Assembly (NCBI RefSeq): GCF_009914755.1
Contig: NC_060940.1
Strand: one strand, 5' to 3'
Origin: the human T2T-CHM13v2.0 reference genome, Homo sapiens
DNA length: 64,000 nt
In this document: positions 46,743-61,330 of the stretch, piece after piece
How the letters are laid out: each line of letters starts with the position of its first letter
Position numbering within the stretch: position 1 is the first letter of the stretch
The notes under the pieces: model-generated
Told to the model about the DNA's origin: nothing
The model's database searches: none
What the model saw: the letters and a program-made list of their open reading frames with translations, nothing else
Program-made: the position numbers and the translations under genes

Positions 46743-47907
46743 TGTACGATTACTTTGTAAATACTTTTAACAGAATCATATAGCTTTATCCCTGTTTAAT
46801 ATTAACAATCACACACATTTTGTTTCCAATATATCACATTGGTCAGGCAAGTCCTAAGTATAAGCAGAGCAAAACAAAGCAAAAAGAAAAAAAAACAAAA
46901 ACCACCAACTGAGCACTCTGAGAGCTGCTAGAGTGATAAAAGACACAACTCTTTGTCATGAGACCTTGAAAGTTATTCAAGAAGCTGCAGATTGAGAAGC
47001 AAGAGACACAGAACTCTATGTTCATGGCGTCTGTGAGGGGGCAGGCAGTGAGATTTGGTTAGGAGTTGCATTTAATTTGTGGACTAGATTGAGATTATGC
47101 GACACCAATGTGTAAAAGGAGATTTGAGAAATGCCTTCTCAGTTTGTAAAGGGAAATTAGGCATGTCTCTGTTTTATCATCACAGCCATCCACACTGCCA
47201 TAGACAAGCTAAATACATCAACATTCCTGATACATAAAATCACCATCCCCACCATCTCTACTCCGGATTAAAATACCATATGGGATAAATTCAATCACTA
47301 ATCTGCAAATATATGTATCTCACTTCTTGCTTTACAAATGTAGTATCTATGTGGCATAACATGTTTTTCTCTTTATGTTATTAGTTTTCTATTTGATGTT
47401 GGGTTTGAAATATAACAGAGGTCTTTGGCTCCTTCTGATTTCCATCAGGAGAGAACATTAACTGCAGTGTGCCCCATAGAGCAAAAGCACAGGGAGACAG
47501 AATATTCTGGATAAGCATCAAAGCTCAAACTGTCTGTGGCGGAACACATCTTCTGCTGACTTTATGCACCTAAATCTTAACATAAAGCAACATAATTCTA
47601 GTGGGAGCTGATTATCCTGTGATTGACACCTGAGGATCTGATGTAGTTTTACAGAAGTAAAGTAGTCTGCTCTAACGGGACAGTTTATGTAGGGTAGTGA
47701 TTAGCCAACCCTATCATATTCCTTTTCTTTAGGAATTAGAATACAAATCATTCAGAGAGAGGCAGAACATCCACAGAAGCAGAGAGACACAAGGGGGAAG
47801 GAAATAAGCGAAAGCCATAAGGGAGTAAAACCCATAAATAAGCTAACACCATGAGACAGGAGTGATAGGGAAGACTCAAGTAACAATATTAATAATGTTA
47901 GTTAATA

Positions 47908-48100
47908 GACCAGGTGTGGTGGCTCACTCCTGCAATTCTAGAGCTTTGGGAGGCACAGTGTCACACACCTGTAATCCCAGCTACTCAGGAGTCTGAGGCA
48001 GGACTGCTTGATCCCAAGAGTTCAAGGCTGCGGTGAGCTATGACTGCACCATGCCCGGGGCAACAGAGTGAGTCCCTGTCTCAAAATAATAATGAAAATA
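47908..48100 (+). mobile_element. AluJ with most of the left arm internally deleted
   Basis: First ~47 nt of left arm joined to right arm (gggaggc|acagtg); ttagttaata at 47898-47907 and 48106-48115. Confidence 0.8.
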
Positions 48101-48197
48101 ATATATTAGTTAATAATTCAAAATAATAGAAACATTTTTGGAAAATGTACAATGTGCCAGGCACTGTCATGAACACTTATTAAAATTACATCAGCTT

Positions 48198-48524
<327 letters not shown>

Positions 48525-49919
48525 TTATCACATACTTATGAAGCTTGCATTGTTATCTCATTATTCCAAGTTTACCTGCAGTGCAGTAGAAATACAGGCA
48601 GGTTAAATATTCTCAAGTTTAAAGAATGAATACGTGGAAGAGCGGCTGTGAGCACAGACAGTCTTAATCCAGGCTGTCCACTTTTACTTATCCCACAGCA
48701 TTGCCTGTCCTAGAGTGATTTGGGCAAGGTAAGCATGCTATGGCATCTTCAATGAGGTTCTCTGAGAGACCCTGAAGACAAACATCTTTCTGTGCTTCCC
48801 AACTTGGCCCCTGTATCCTTAAAATAAGCACTAGCTCCTTCTCTCTGGTCCTTGCAACACATTGATGAGATTTTAGACCAAATTCTGCTGCTTATGAGAA
48901 GTTTTAGTATTGGAAGATCATTTAAATGACCTGACCCTTGGTCTCCTTTCTGTAACCTAGGAATAACAACAGCACCAAAGTGTCCAAGGGGCATTGTGTA
49001 CTGTGGATGCTCAGAAAATACTGTTGGACACAGCTTCTTTGTTGTTTAACATGCAGCTTGCCGTGGGTGCTTAATAAAGTTCTTTGTTTGATTGAACTCA
49101 AGAGAACTCAAAATGCTGAAGAAATAACAATAGTCACTAAGACGCCAGAGCTCTTTCTATAAAAACCTAAAAACTTACTCTCTCTCTCTCTCTCTTTTAT
49201 TTTTTTTTTCCATTTCAGCTAGATCACACCAGGGATTACCTCAAATGCTATAAAATGAATCTTTCACTGAAATGGAAAATGAAAAGTGGTGTTATGTTCA
49301 TCATTTTGCTAGCTTGAGGTTTTTTGATTTCTTTTGTTTTGGTTCTGCATTAGCTACATGGCATCAATATCACTTTTTTTTCCTGAAGGGACAGATCTTA
49401 CAAATCACTCCTCAGTTTTGAACAAATATTGTAGTGAACAATGCAGGGAAGAATCTTACCTCAAGGGACTACTTATTGTCAACTAGTTTCCAGAGTAGCT
49501 AAAATAACAGTGTTTTGCTCAACTAATATCACCTTTAGCATCTTGTTTTTGAAAGTATAAATGTAAGCACGGTAGAACAACTTCTTTTTTTTTTTTTATT
49601 TCACAAACTTCCATGAGTATGTGCTCACCCACAGCCTCACATCAGTCTGGAGCATAAGCCCATAGTTCTGAATTATTCCTAAAGTTTTCATCTCTCTTAA
49701 GTTAATGTATTTTATCTTGCATGCAAATAAAAATAGTGACAGAAAACTGTGTGTGTGTGTGTGTATGGGTGTGAACATGTGTGCATGCATTAACACTAAA
49801 AGTAAATCTAAATGAGTTTGGCAAGGCTCTGACTTTTCATGAGAAGGTAACATTTTTGTATATTTGATAAGCAAACATAGAGTTTTTATTTAAAATCCAA
49901 ATTAACTCTAGTCACTCTT

Positions 49920-50606
49920 TGTTAGAATAGGCAGATAGCCAGAAATGAGCAGGCAAGGAAGACCCCTGGGGAAAAAGGTCCTGGAGACACTGACCATCGA
50001 TAGTCAGCACTGCCCACTGACAGTCAGCAAAAATGACAATGGCTACGTTGGCTACATCTGGCCTTGTGTTTGGGCTCCTCTAGCCAGAGATAAACATGGT
50101 AGGGAATTTCCCCACTGACAAGCAGGGAAAGCAGAAACTCGCCTGAGCATAGCCTGCTGCTCATTATAATAGTAAAAAACACACCCTCAAGTGGAGATTT
50201 TAGATGCTAATGAGACATGGGACATGTATCCTAGCATGTACAGCCACAGAACATGTATGCCCACAGGGACCTCCTGAAACATGCTTGCATGTGACAACCC
50301 CTCATGCCCCCTCATGAATAAGTATATAAGATTGTCATGCAGTTCCCCAGCACTAGCTGCTGCTGGTTCATTCTTTTAAGCATCCCACTCTGCCTCATCT
50401 TTCAGAGTGTGCTGTCTCTTTAAATAAACACTGCTACTACCATTTTCCCAGCCAGAACAGCCTGGAGCTGTTTTTTCACTCCTCTGTAAGAATGTACTTT
50501 ATCTTCCTAATAAGCTCGGCTACTTTACCCTTGCTATGTGTCTCTTGGCTGAATTCTTTCTTGCAACTTGGACAAAAACTGAGGTTTCCCACACTTGACA
50601 ATAACA
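49920..50606 (+). mobile_element. Solo ERV1 LTR, MER66-like
   Basis: tgttagaataggcagatagccaga...ataaca; perfect 4-bp TSD tctt at 49916-49919 and 50607-50610; gtatataag ~50322 and aataaa ~50423. Confidence 0.85.
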
Positions 50607-50822
50607 TCTTGACTTCTGAGTGGTATAATGTATATCATTAATTATGATATACATTTAATGCTGTCCTAAGTTAACTTTCCTGCAAAAAAATTAGAAATTG
50701 ATGCAAAAAATTAGATATCTTTGTTATTTTGGGGCCCTCTGAATTTGAACAGGCTGGTATAGCGATGGGGAAAGAGCTAAGTTTATTAACAAAATAAAGA
50801 GGATCAAATTGCTAATAAACTC

Positions 50823-51247
50823 TGTCTCAGTCAACTCTGGTTGCTGTAACAAAGTACCATAGAGTGAGTTGCTTATAAACAACAGAAATTTTATTTTCTC
50901 ACAATTCAGGACTGGAAGTCTGAAATCAGGGTACCATCATGGTGGGTTCTGGAGAGAGCCCTCTTCCTGACTTGTAGATGGCCACCATCTCACTGCATGT
51001 GCACACAGACTTGCCTCAGTGTGTTTATATGGGGAGAGAGAGAGAGAAAGAAAGAGAGAGTGAGTGAGCAACAGTGCTCTCTGGTGTCTTTTCTTATAAG
51101 GGCACTAACCCCTGCATGAGACCCCCACCCTTATTACCTCATCTAAACTTAATTATACCTCAGAGCCCTCGTCTTCAAATATAGTTACATTAGGTGTCAG
51201 AATTTCAACATGTGAATTGGAAGGGGGGCACAATTTAGTCCACAGCA
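50823..51247 (-). mobile_element. MLT1A-type MaLR LTR
   Basis: gctgtaacaaagtaccatag...gcttataaacaacagaaattt...cttataagggcactaa...tttcaacatgtgaatt...cacagca. Confidence 0.88.
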
Positions 51248-51984
51248 GATGGGGACCGAGGAAAAAAATAAGGAGAAGCCACTGGACTGTGGAGAAATTG
51301 GAAGGCTAACAAGATGATGGGGGCCTGAAATCTATTAAAAAAAAGAGAGGGATAAATCAAGATAATCCCCTTGGCCAAAATGAACAAAATCTACTAAAGG
51401 TTGGGATGCCCAATATCCAGTTTTGGGCTCTTTATGGTAGGATGTTAAAACACTACTCAACTCTTTTACATCAAACTCTTAAGATTACATCTCACTCTCC
51501 AGTGAGATCATGAGCATATTTGTAGGAAAAGAAGTTATGTTGTTGGCAATACCAAGTGGAATAGGATCTAACTATGGAGACAACCAAGCAAGCCATATGC
51601 TAATTTTGCAGAAACGGGAGCTCAGGAACAAAGTGGGTGTTACAATAGATCCCCTATCCCCCACTCTCTTTTAGCCTAACCCCTAAATCTGGATAGTCAG
51701 TAGGAACAGAATGGAGTTTATACTGTGTACCATAGTATTCATTTGACTTTCAAAGAGCATTGAACTTAGTTTACATTTGGGTTTAATGACCATTTGTTGA
51801 GCATCTTCTAGTTTCCTAGTATGGTGCATAAGACCGAGTGAATAACATTCAGAGAGATGTCATTTAAGCCTGTGACTATTTCAGAAAACTCAAGGGAAAG
51901 GAGTTTATTTTATAAAATTATTTTTATTTTTTTACCTTCCATTTCCTGATGATGAGAGAGTTTACTATAACTGCATGATAGTGA

Positions 51985-52391
51985 GTGCATTTGCTTCCTG
52001 GGGCCGCCATAACTAAGTACCACATGCTGCCTGGCTTAAAACAGAGAAACCTATTGTCTCACAGTTCTGGAGGGTACAGGTCCAAAATCAAGGTGTTGCA
52101 GGGTAGGATCCTTTACAGGCCAGTGAGGGAAGAACCTGTTCCAGGACTCTCGTCATGGCTTGTGGATGACAGTCTTCTTTCTGTCTCTTCACATCATTTC
52201 CCTCTATATGTCTGTCTCTGTGTCTAAATTTTCACCTAATAAAAACAATAGTCCTTACGAATCTATGGCATTTTAACTTGATTAGCCTTGTAAATACCTT
52301 CTCTATTTGGAGAGAATAAGGTCACGTTCTGAGATTCTGGGAGTTAAGACTTTAATATAATCTTTGGGGGGATACATTTCAACTCCTAACA
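51985..52391 (-). mobile_element. MLT1B-type MaLR LTR
   Basis: gccataactaagtaccac...tctcacagttctggagg...aataaggtcacgttctgag...taaca. Confidence 0.88.
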
Positions 52392-55264
52392 CTAGGTAAC
52401 AAATATGACTTCAGAAAATCACTATACATTATGAAAGCCTCTTAGAAAAATCCCACATTTATTTCACTGCATAAGGCTTCCATTAAAATAGCAAATGTAG
52501 AAAACAATGAAGATGTGGCCAGGTATTAATAGATAATAAGAAATTACATTCCCCAAATCACAAGGCAATCATTTTTTCTAAAATTCATTTTTTTAACACA
52601 ACCCAGGTATTGCTTATAGAACTGACTTCCTAAAATTGTTTCAGTAGCATTAGAATGATTTTATTTTCTGCCAAATGGGGTACCTTTGAAGGAACAAGAT
52701 CAATCTGAAATTTAAGTTATGGTGACTTTATTGAAATGTAGGGCCTGCTATTTTATAGTAATGCCGGCCATGCTGTGGCTTTCCAGATCAGATTTCTGGT
52801 TATGTTTTGGATTGTTGGAAATTTCCAATTTTACAAGTGATTTTTCCATTTAAGGATTTCATATTATTTAATTTGTGAGGTAGTGCTCTCTATTTTTTCT
52901 CCAAACTTAAAGTGTTGTAATCATTATAAAACTTTACACAAAAGGGCATAGAATAGTTTAGTCAAATTCTTTTTAGATAAAGTATGTGGCAAGACTATAC
53001 TTCAATATCTTGTGTCTTTTAAAATAGATATTTTACTTTTTCTAAAAAAAAAAGGTAGTATTTCATTGTCTTGAGTGCATATGAGCACTGATATTTAAAA
53101 TGCTAAAGTTAAAAATTTTCATTATAATGAAACTGGTAACTGTCCAATGTCTTATTCTAAACCACAAAGTTCAAGCATTCTACCTTCAGGGGCAAGAAGT
53201 CAAATTTTCAACGTAAGATAAAGAGTTGAAAAAAATAAAAAAATTGAAATATCTTTCATTATAATTTTTAAAGTAGTTCTAGCTCATATTTTCTTATTTC
53301 TACATTGTCTTCATCAATGTAAGCCAGTGACATAAATTTTAATACATGATTTATGGTTACAAATTCATTTTTTTATTCTCATTTATTATGAGGTGTCACA
53401 TTTTATCATGCCTGCATTTAATCATCTTCTGTCTGCATATTAATGGTTACAAATATGATACCTGTGTAGACCCAAGAAACCAGGAGCTGTCTTGGAGTGC
53501 AACGGTTGAGTGCCTTGAAAAGTGGGGTTGGAAAAAAAAATCTTTAGATGTCTTTGTACGTGCATATGTATTATAGAATAGCTCAGATAGTGAAAAAGAG
53601 GGTTTTCTACTGTGTAGAGTCAATTTGTGTAAATTGATTTTTCATAAGCCCCTATAATTTGTGCATCCATAGCTATATTGAACATATACTAAGTCTTGTG
53701 TCAAAATCAGGTGAGATCATAAACAAGACATTGCTAAGTTTTATTGTCAAGTTTAAACCAATGGGAAATAACTAATACCTCATAGTTGCATTCATTCATA
53801 TTGGCATATTTCTTGAATCAATGGCTAAAGTACATAAATGAGAAGACATGATTTTAGAAAGTTAGATTTTATTTGAACTTAACCACGTGAGGTTTTGAGA
53901 GCTGAGTGGGGATTAAAGACAAGTGGGGAATCTGTTGCTGCTAGAGTGTGGGTGTTTGACAGAAAGCATGTGCTAAATATATGTTTGTTTAATGAATAAA
54001 TATTCTATTTTCTTTTACTAACAAAGAATACCTAACAGCCACATCCGGTGCTGATGCAAATTGAGCTATAATACCATCCATGGCACTGGTATGGTGGGCT
54101 AGGTATGGAAGAAGGACTGGGACTTAATTCTACTAACAAACTTTAAGAAAATGAGAAACAAATTAGGGAGTGCACATTCAGTGCAAAGAACAGGATTAAA
54201 TCAAGACCAACGAAAAGCCATAAATGCATGGAGAAAAAAGGAGCTGTGATAAGCTTGGGAGAAGAGATAATTTGAGAAGTAGAGTATTAATATAATCAGG
54301 AAAAAAAAAAGTATGTGATCAGTGACAAAGCATGTGCTGCTGACCATGCAAATTGAGGTTAAGTTTGAGGACTTCAAAGAACCCATGAGGAAGGAGGGGA
54401 GTATATTAATTAAGAGAAACTGCATGCACGATTGGTACCATAGTAGACAAACAGTCTACTATACAAGAATCACATAAGTTGTCATTCTTGGCCTTCAGGA
54501 TGGCCACATAGGAAGATTTCCTAATTCACAATGAAAATAATTTAAGACATGCTAAAGTATAGAAATGTAAAGAAAAGAGAAGGTAATTTGTCATAGCTAT
54601 CTATGCAACGACATGCAAGGATTAAGAATAAAGGCATGTTAACCCCCTGTTTTCAAAGTAGGATGTCAGTCTTGAAATAAACTGGACCAGCCTCAAAAAT
54701 CTGTTACCCCAGTTTCTAAATGAGAAAAACATTCAGACAGAGGCTTTATGGTTAAGAAATAAGGTACCTGTTCAATCTTTCTCTGATTCTATATTGTTCC
54801 GTCTTTTTAGACAAAACTTTAAGGTTAAAATGTCAATTTACTAAAATAAGGCCTATACATTTGAAAAAGCCATTTTACTTAAAGAAATGAAGATTTGTGA
54901 AACAGAAGGTAAATTGTTCCAGAGACTCTTAAAAATTATTTCTCCCTTTTCAAACATGACGAAGTCCTCATGATTAATAAATAGTTTTGCAAGGAAATAA
55001 ATTCTTCAGTTAGAAATTTCAATAGCCATTAACAGTATAACACTTGTTCCCTAAGCACTGTGGACTTGCCAAACCTGTAAATTATAGGCATTTTTCCACA
55101 TCCTGCATTTAATACCTCTCCTGTTGTCTTCCATTCAAGTAGGTAAGTCATTAGGCAACTTTACAGGTGATTAATATTATACAGTTGTAAGTACAATCTG
55201 CCCTATTGTATAAACTTTAATGATGATAGGTTTAAAGTAAGTTACTTGTGATGATATTACTTAG

Positions 55265-55551
<287 letters not shown>

Positions 55552-55583
55552 AGGTCATTATCCTAATGGCTAAAAGCTTTCCT

Positions 55584-55889
<306 letters not shown>

Positions 55890-56639
55890 GCTTTCTCAAA
55901 GTTTCACCTTTCTCTAAGGAGGAAACAGCATTAGACTTTACAAGATTTCTTAAAGAAAATTGTGGAAAATACTTACTGAAATGTTTTTACTTTGGCTGGC
56001 AGGCATATACGTATTTTAAAAAAATATAATTAGACTATGTGCCTTAAGCAGCTCAAGAATATTCACAGAAGAATGTAAGCACAGGTCTTTTAAAATAAGA
56101 AAACAAAACTAATAATACATAATTGAAATAGTCATCATTAAATACATAAGGTATTTAATTATATCAAATATTTCTTAAAGTCTATTTTTTCCTTACCTAT
56201 TCACCCAACCTACATCTATCATTGTTCTCTTATGCTTACGTCTTTTCATGTAGTCAAAGGAGCACAAATATAGAGTGAGAAATCTTAGTGTCATATAACT
56301 CCCACTTTATTCCTGTATCCTCATGAACTTTTATTCAATTTTCTTAACTTACCAAAAATTCTCATTTTTTCTCATCTATCAATTGAGGATGAAAAAGTAT
56401 CTGTAGGAAAACTGAATAAAATAATTATGAGATGCTTTGTAGGAGCTTATAATGTTGTATGTATATCTAATATATTATCATATGTTAATATATAATATAA
56501 AATATATATTACTTGTGCATCTATATATAAAAATCACAAAATTGAATATCAATTTTTTTTTGTTTTTCTTAAATTTTGGAAAAGCTGTCAATGACTGGTG
56601 CTTGTATTTTGTTATCTTACCTAATGGAAACTTTCAGAA

Positions 56640-56790
56640 AATTTCATTTAAAATACCTTATAAAATAGAAAATACTAGGATTAATCTCAGTGGTATGTTA
56701 TGAAGATAAAATGATACTTTAAAGTGCTTAGAGCCAAGCTAGGCCCATCGAAAGCATTCAATAAATGCCAGCTATTTCGATAATTATCAG
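56640..56790 (+). mobile_element. MIR 3' half
   Basis: tataaaatagaaaatac...taaagtgcttagagcc...gcattcaataaatgccagctatt. Confidence 0.65.
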
Positions 56791-57299
56791 GATTGCCACT
56801 ACTCATCAATTGATTATTAACTTTCGGGTTGCTTATTCCTACAGTTTGGTTCTCTTTAGCTTTTCCTTCCTTTGATCTCTCTCTGAGCTGGTGTCAACCC
56901 AATATTTCTCAATTTCAGTGGGAATCTTTTTACTTGCCTGGTCAAACACTGGTTAGGTCCCCCAAAGTCTTTCTTCTTTTGCCATTCAAGGCTCTCTACA
57001 CTCTGGTTGCCATCTTCACCCTGCAGATTTAGCTGTCTGTGCTAAGCACACTCCAACAACACTCAGGGTATACCCCCAAGACAATACACACCCCCAGATA
57101 TTCTCTGTGCCTTATACTTTAACATAAGAATTGGTCTCCTTTCCCCAAAACCTTTTAACTCCTTCTTTTCTGCTTGTTAAACACCTACAAGGCTTAGAAG
57201 GGACAATCTATTATTCAATACAATCTGATTTCTGTAAAAATACAAAGAATAGCTCCAAATCTAAAGGTCTCATGTAATAAAAGCTGTGCACATATGGCC

Positions 57300-57521
57300 C
57301 AGTGAGTCAGAATACAGCCAACATGAAAGACAAAAAGGCTGGAGGATCGCATGGAAGTTTTATTGTCTAGATGGTGTCACAAAACACTTCCAGCCACATT
57401 TCAAGGGCCACATGTTGTCAAATGATCCTATTTACTACAAGGGAGATTGGAAAAATGTAGTGTTCCTGGGTGCAGCGGATTAAAATGTAACAGGGTTAGC
57501 AAAAGCATTTTTGCCACCACA
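57300..57521 (-). mobile_element. Old MLT1 LTR fragment
   Basis: cacttccagccacattt...actacaagggagattggaaaaatgtagt...gccaccaca. Confidence 0.6.
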
Positions 57522-57838
57522 TTACAAAGAGCTTACTAAAATCCTCAAATATTCTGTATCATTTATCTGAGTCAGAAGGAATTGCTTACCCCTTTAAGCT
57601 TCCGTGGCCTACCTTATGGCATTAATCTCTTTGAGATGCACGTTGTTGCTGGACTTGGGTCTAATTTCTCCTGGACAGTGAAGAGTTTAAGAATGGCTTC
57701 CCATCCATTGCACATCTGCTATTAGGCCTCCAACATAGAACTTCTGCGAAACTACTGTTAAAAGGAAGGAGCAGAAAGACAGATAAAGGAGGAAGATGTG
57801 GAAGATGAAGAAGAGGTAGATGAAGAAGAAAGGGAAGA

Positions 57839-58193
<355 letters not shown>

Positions 58194-59161
58194 TCAAATA
58201 TTTAAAATATACCAGTGTTTGTATGTGTTCCTGTGTGTGTGTTTGGTGTATGTACCTAATTTAAAAATAAAGCTCAAAAAAACTTTAGTAATTTGTATGG
58301 GATATGATTAAATTACAGAGCTATTTTGTTCTAGTTTTGTTTTTAAAAAGCATTACTAATGTAAGAGTAAGGTATGTGAATTATAAAATTTATCTCATTA
58401 CCGTAGTAACATTTTATACCTACATGCGAAATGATTATACTGCAGAATCCATTCATTGCATGTCTATAAAGAGAAGATTAAGCTAATCTTAAGGACTAGA
58501 ATCAAGACAGCAACTGCAGGAAATTTCATGTTATACTGTAGAATGAGTCTGAAGTCTCTGGTGAGAGAGTTTTGCTATAATGTTTTGGGAAGCAGTTCTC
58601 CAATCAGAATCATTTTCAGAAGTGACCATATAGAACAATGTCATACAATTGAGTCTAATATTCGCTGAGCAGCAACTCTGTCTGACAATTCCTGCCATCC
58701 ATGCCTTGGAGAAAATGAGCCACAGACAAATATATGCCTGACTGTTTTCAAGTCAAATGGGGGATTAATTTTTGAGATATTCAGTTTTCAAACAAGAACA
58801 AATCCATTGAAGTTCTGTGACATGTGAATAGAGAGAGAAAGAAAGAAGAGAAAGAAGAGCAAAGAGTAAGAAAAGAAAGCAAAAGAAAAACATAAGTAGT
58901 ATATGGGGTATTTCCAAATCAGATTAGTGATTTTGTGACCTTGCCATGCGCCTTACGAGTTAAATAATCACTCTTCATACATTATGGTATTTAACAATTA
59001 GCTCATGGAACACAAAATGACATCCTCAATTTACAGATATAGAGACTCATGGATGTCCTCCATAACACCTATGTAGAAAAATCCCAGCACTTATATTATT
59101 TTTGGAGATCAGTTTTAGCTGGCATATAGAGGTTGCGCCCAAACTGTGTCCCGTAGTTTAC

Positions 59162-59329
59162 TTTTTATTTTTTATTTTTTGAGGCAGAGTCTCACTCTGT
59201 TGCCCAGGCTGGAGTGCAGTGGCATAATCTCAGCTCCGTGCAACTCTGCCTCCCAGACTCAAGCGATTCTCGTGCCTCAGCTTCCTGAGTAGCTAGGATT
59301 ACAGGCATGTGCCACCACCTTCAGGTAAT
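59162..59329 (-). mobile_element. Alu right monomer only (Sz/Jb-like)
   Basis: T tail, gagtctcactctgttgcccaggctggagtgcagtgg...gattctcgtgcctcag; stops at the linker. Confidence 0.9.
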
Positions 59330-59334
59330 ATATT

Positions 59335-59684
59335 TCACTTTTTTGTGTAAAGGGCCAAATTCCACCTCATTTTAATGCTAAAAATCTGCCCCAAAGTAAA
59401 CACGGGATGTATGTTACATGTGTGTTTACCGGTTGTGCATGTGTCCAACTCCCCTTCATAAATAAGTGCAGCTTTCCCCCCAAACCTGGTGAATATGTAT
59501 GACTGTGTGGTGTGATATAGGCCCTACCTGTGAGGCATAAAACCCAACTTGTCCCTTTTCATCTTCAAAGAGGGTGCACCTTTGGTTCACACCACAGACT
59601 ATCTCTTCCTGGTTTGCAAACTGATAACACCAATCAAGCTCTCCTTCCTGCTATTCAATCATCCTGGTGGTCTTTAGGATGACA
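59335..59684 (+). mobile_element. ERV LTR 3' portion, family not assigned
   Basis: LTR-like layout: gcataaaa TATA-like, aatcaa poly(A)-signal variant, terminal catcctggtggtctttaggatgaca. Confidence 0.65.
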
Positions 59685-60801
59685 ATATGAATCTCCTTTT
59701 CAATTCTCAGTGGCAGGAGGGGCCTGAAGTCATTCTATCAGAATGTGGGCTGTGGACAGGCAGCCTTGATATTATCTCAGAAATACAGAAATTTAGGTCC
59801 TGCCCTCCAATTGTTAACTCCTAGTTGACATTTTTACAAGATTCTTTGTTGATACATAAGTGATGTGTAAAAAAAAAATCACTTAACAAATATAAGATCA
59901 ATCAGTCAATCAATTGGCCTATTTAAATGAATGTACGGGGTCCTATTCTCTGTGCTGGGGATGTTGACTGACTGGAGATCCATTAGCTGTGATCTGAGTG
60001 ACCACGTATGCCAAATATCCTTTTCTTCATGTGCTGCGTAAACTCTGATCCCTTGAAGTAGTTAAATCCAAGACTTGGATTACTATTGTTGACAAGACTC
60101 CCACATAAATCACAAAACAAAGGGAGAAAGAACAACTACAAGTCTCTAAACCTTTGCCGGCACAAAGAGAAGTGACCAAAGAAAAAAAGGCACTCAGCAC
60201 ATAACAGCTGTCTGAATTTTCAAACTCCTTTACTAAGGAAAAAAGAAAATTAAAAATACGACTTTTTTATAAGGCTTTTAACAACGACAAAAGCTTGCAG
60301 GGGACTTTGAAAATACTGCTGTGTTTCATCAAGGCTTTTTGACTATTACAGAAGGTAAGACTTTTTTATTGTTATTATTTTGTGTGTATGTGTGTAAGCA
60401 TGTACTTTAAAATCAAAAAAAAGCAAAAGAGAAGGTGGTAATTAGGTAATCTAACAATAAAACAACACTTAATTTTACTTGGCTCACCACGGGATTAAAT
60501 ATGTTTTGTGAGAAAGAGTGATTACATTATTTTAAAGGAATGGATTGTTGTGGCCAGAATTCTGTAGCCTCTGGCTTTCCCCTTAGTAAGGGGAACAGTG
60601 AGAGATTTTTTAAGGCTTCCTCTGACAATTCAATGCCTTGGATTCAGGATGTGATTTGTTTTCACAAGGCCAACTCTATCTCTATTTCTAGAAAGACATT
60701 TTGTCTTGAAAGAGATAATATCAGGTGTTGTATTCTCTCCTCCACAAAACTCTGCAATTATTCCATTGAATGAAGGGAATTCTAACTTAGTGATAGAAAT
60801 C

Positions 60802-60803
60802 CA

Positions 60804-60842
<39 letters not shown>
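60802..60842. repeat. (CA)n microsatellite
   Basis: Read directly. Confidence 0.95.
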
Positions 60843-60846
<4 letters not shown>

Positions 60847-61209
60847 AAAAACATATTCATAGTAGTTTTAAGCTTAAAACACATAGCTTAAAACACAATC
60901 CTGGATTTCTGCTCACTTTTCTGCAATCTAATTGAGGCCAGTAAATCAAATGTGGGTCAGCAAATCTAGACTAAGTTTGGCTAAGTTGGCCTCCAGGCTA
61001 AAGTTTGACAGTAGTTGTGCTTTATCTTTCTGGGACCATGGACAACATAGGGCGTATGCTTTTCATGAGATGAAAGAGGCATAGGAAGACAGGAGATGAC
61101 AAAGGTCTGTCCTGCAATAGCCAGTGATCCATTTCCTAACATGGGGAAAATACTTACTCCTGAAACTTTTTGAAGGTGGACAAATTTGTTAATAGATGTG
61201 CTGTTATCA

Positions 61210-61330
61210 CTGGGATGTCATCTCAATGTTTTCCTCTTTAAACTGAGGATGGCAGTAATGTCATTGTTTGGGGATTATTGGGATTCATAAGTGAAAATGC
61301 CTCTGAAAATATTTAACAAACTATTACATG
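61210..61330 (+). mobile_element. MIR fragment
   Basis: tttcctctttaaactgaggatggcagtaa...gggattattgggattca. Confidence 0.6.

Noticed and set aside
60336-60360. ttacag-AAG-gtaaga as a 3-nt microexon or recursive splice site
   Set aside because: Weak polypyrimidine tract and no known host transcript or strand
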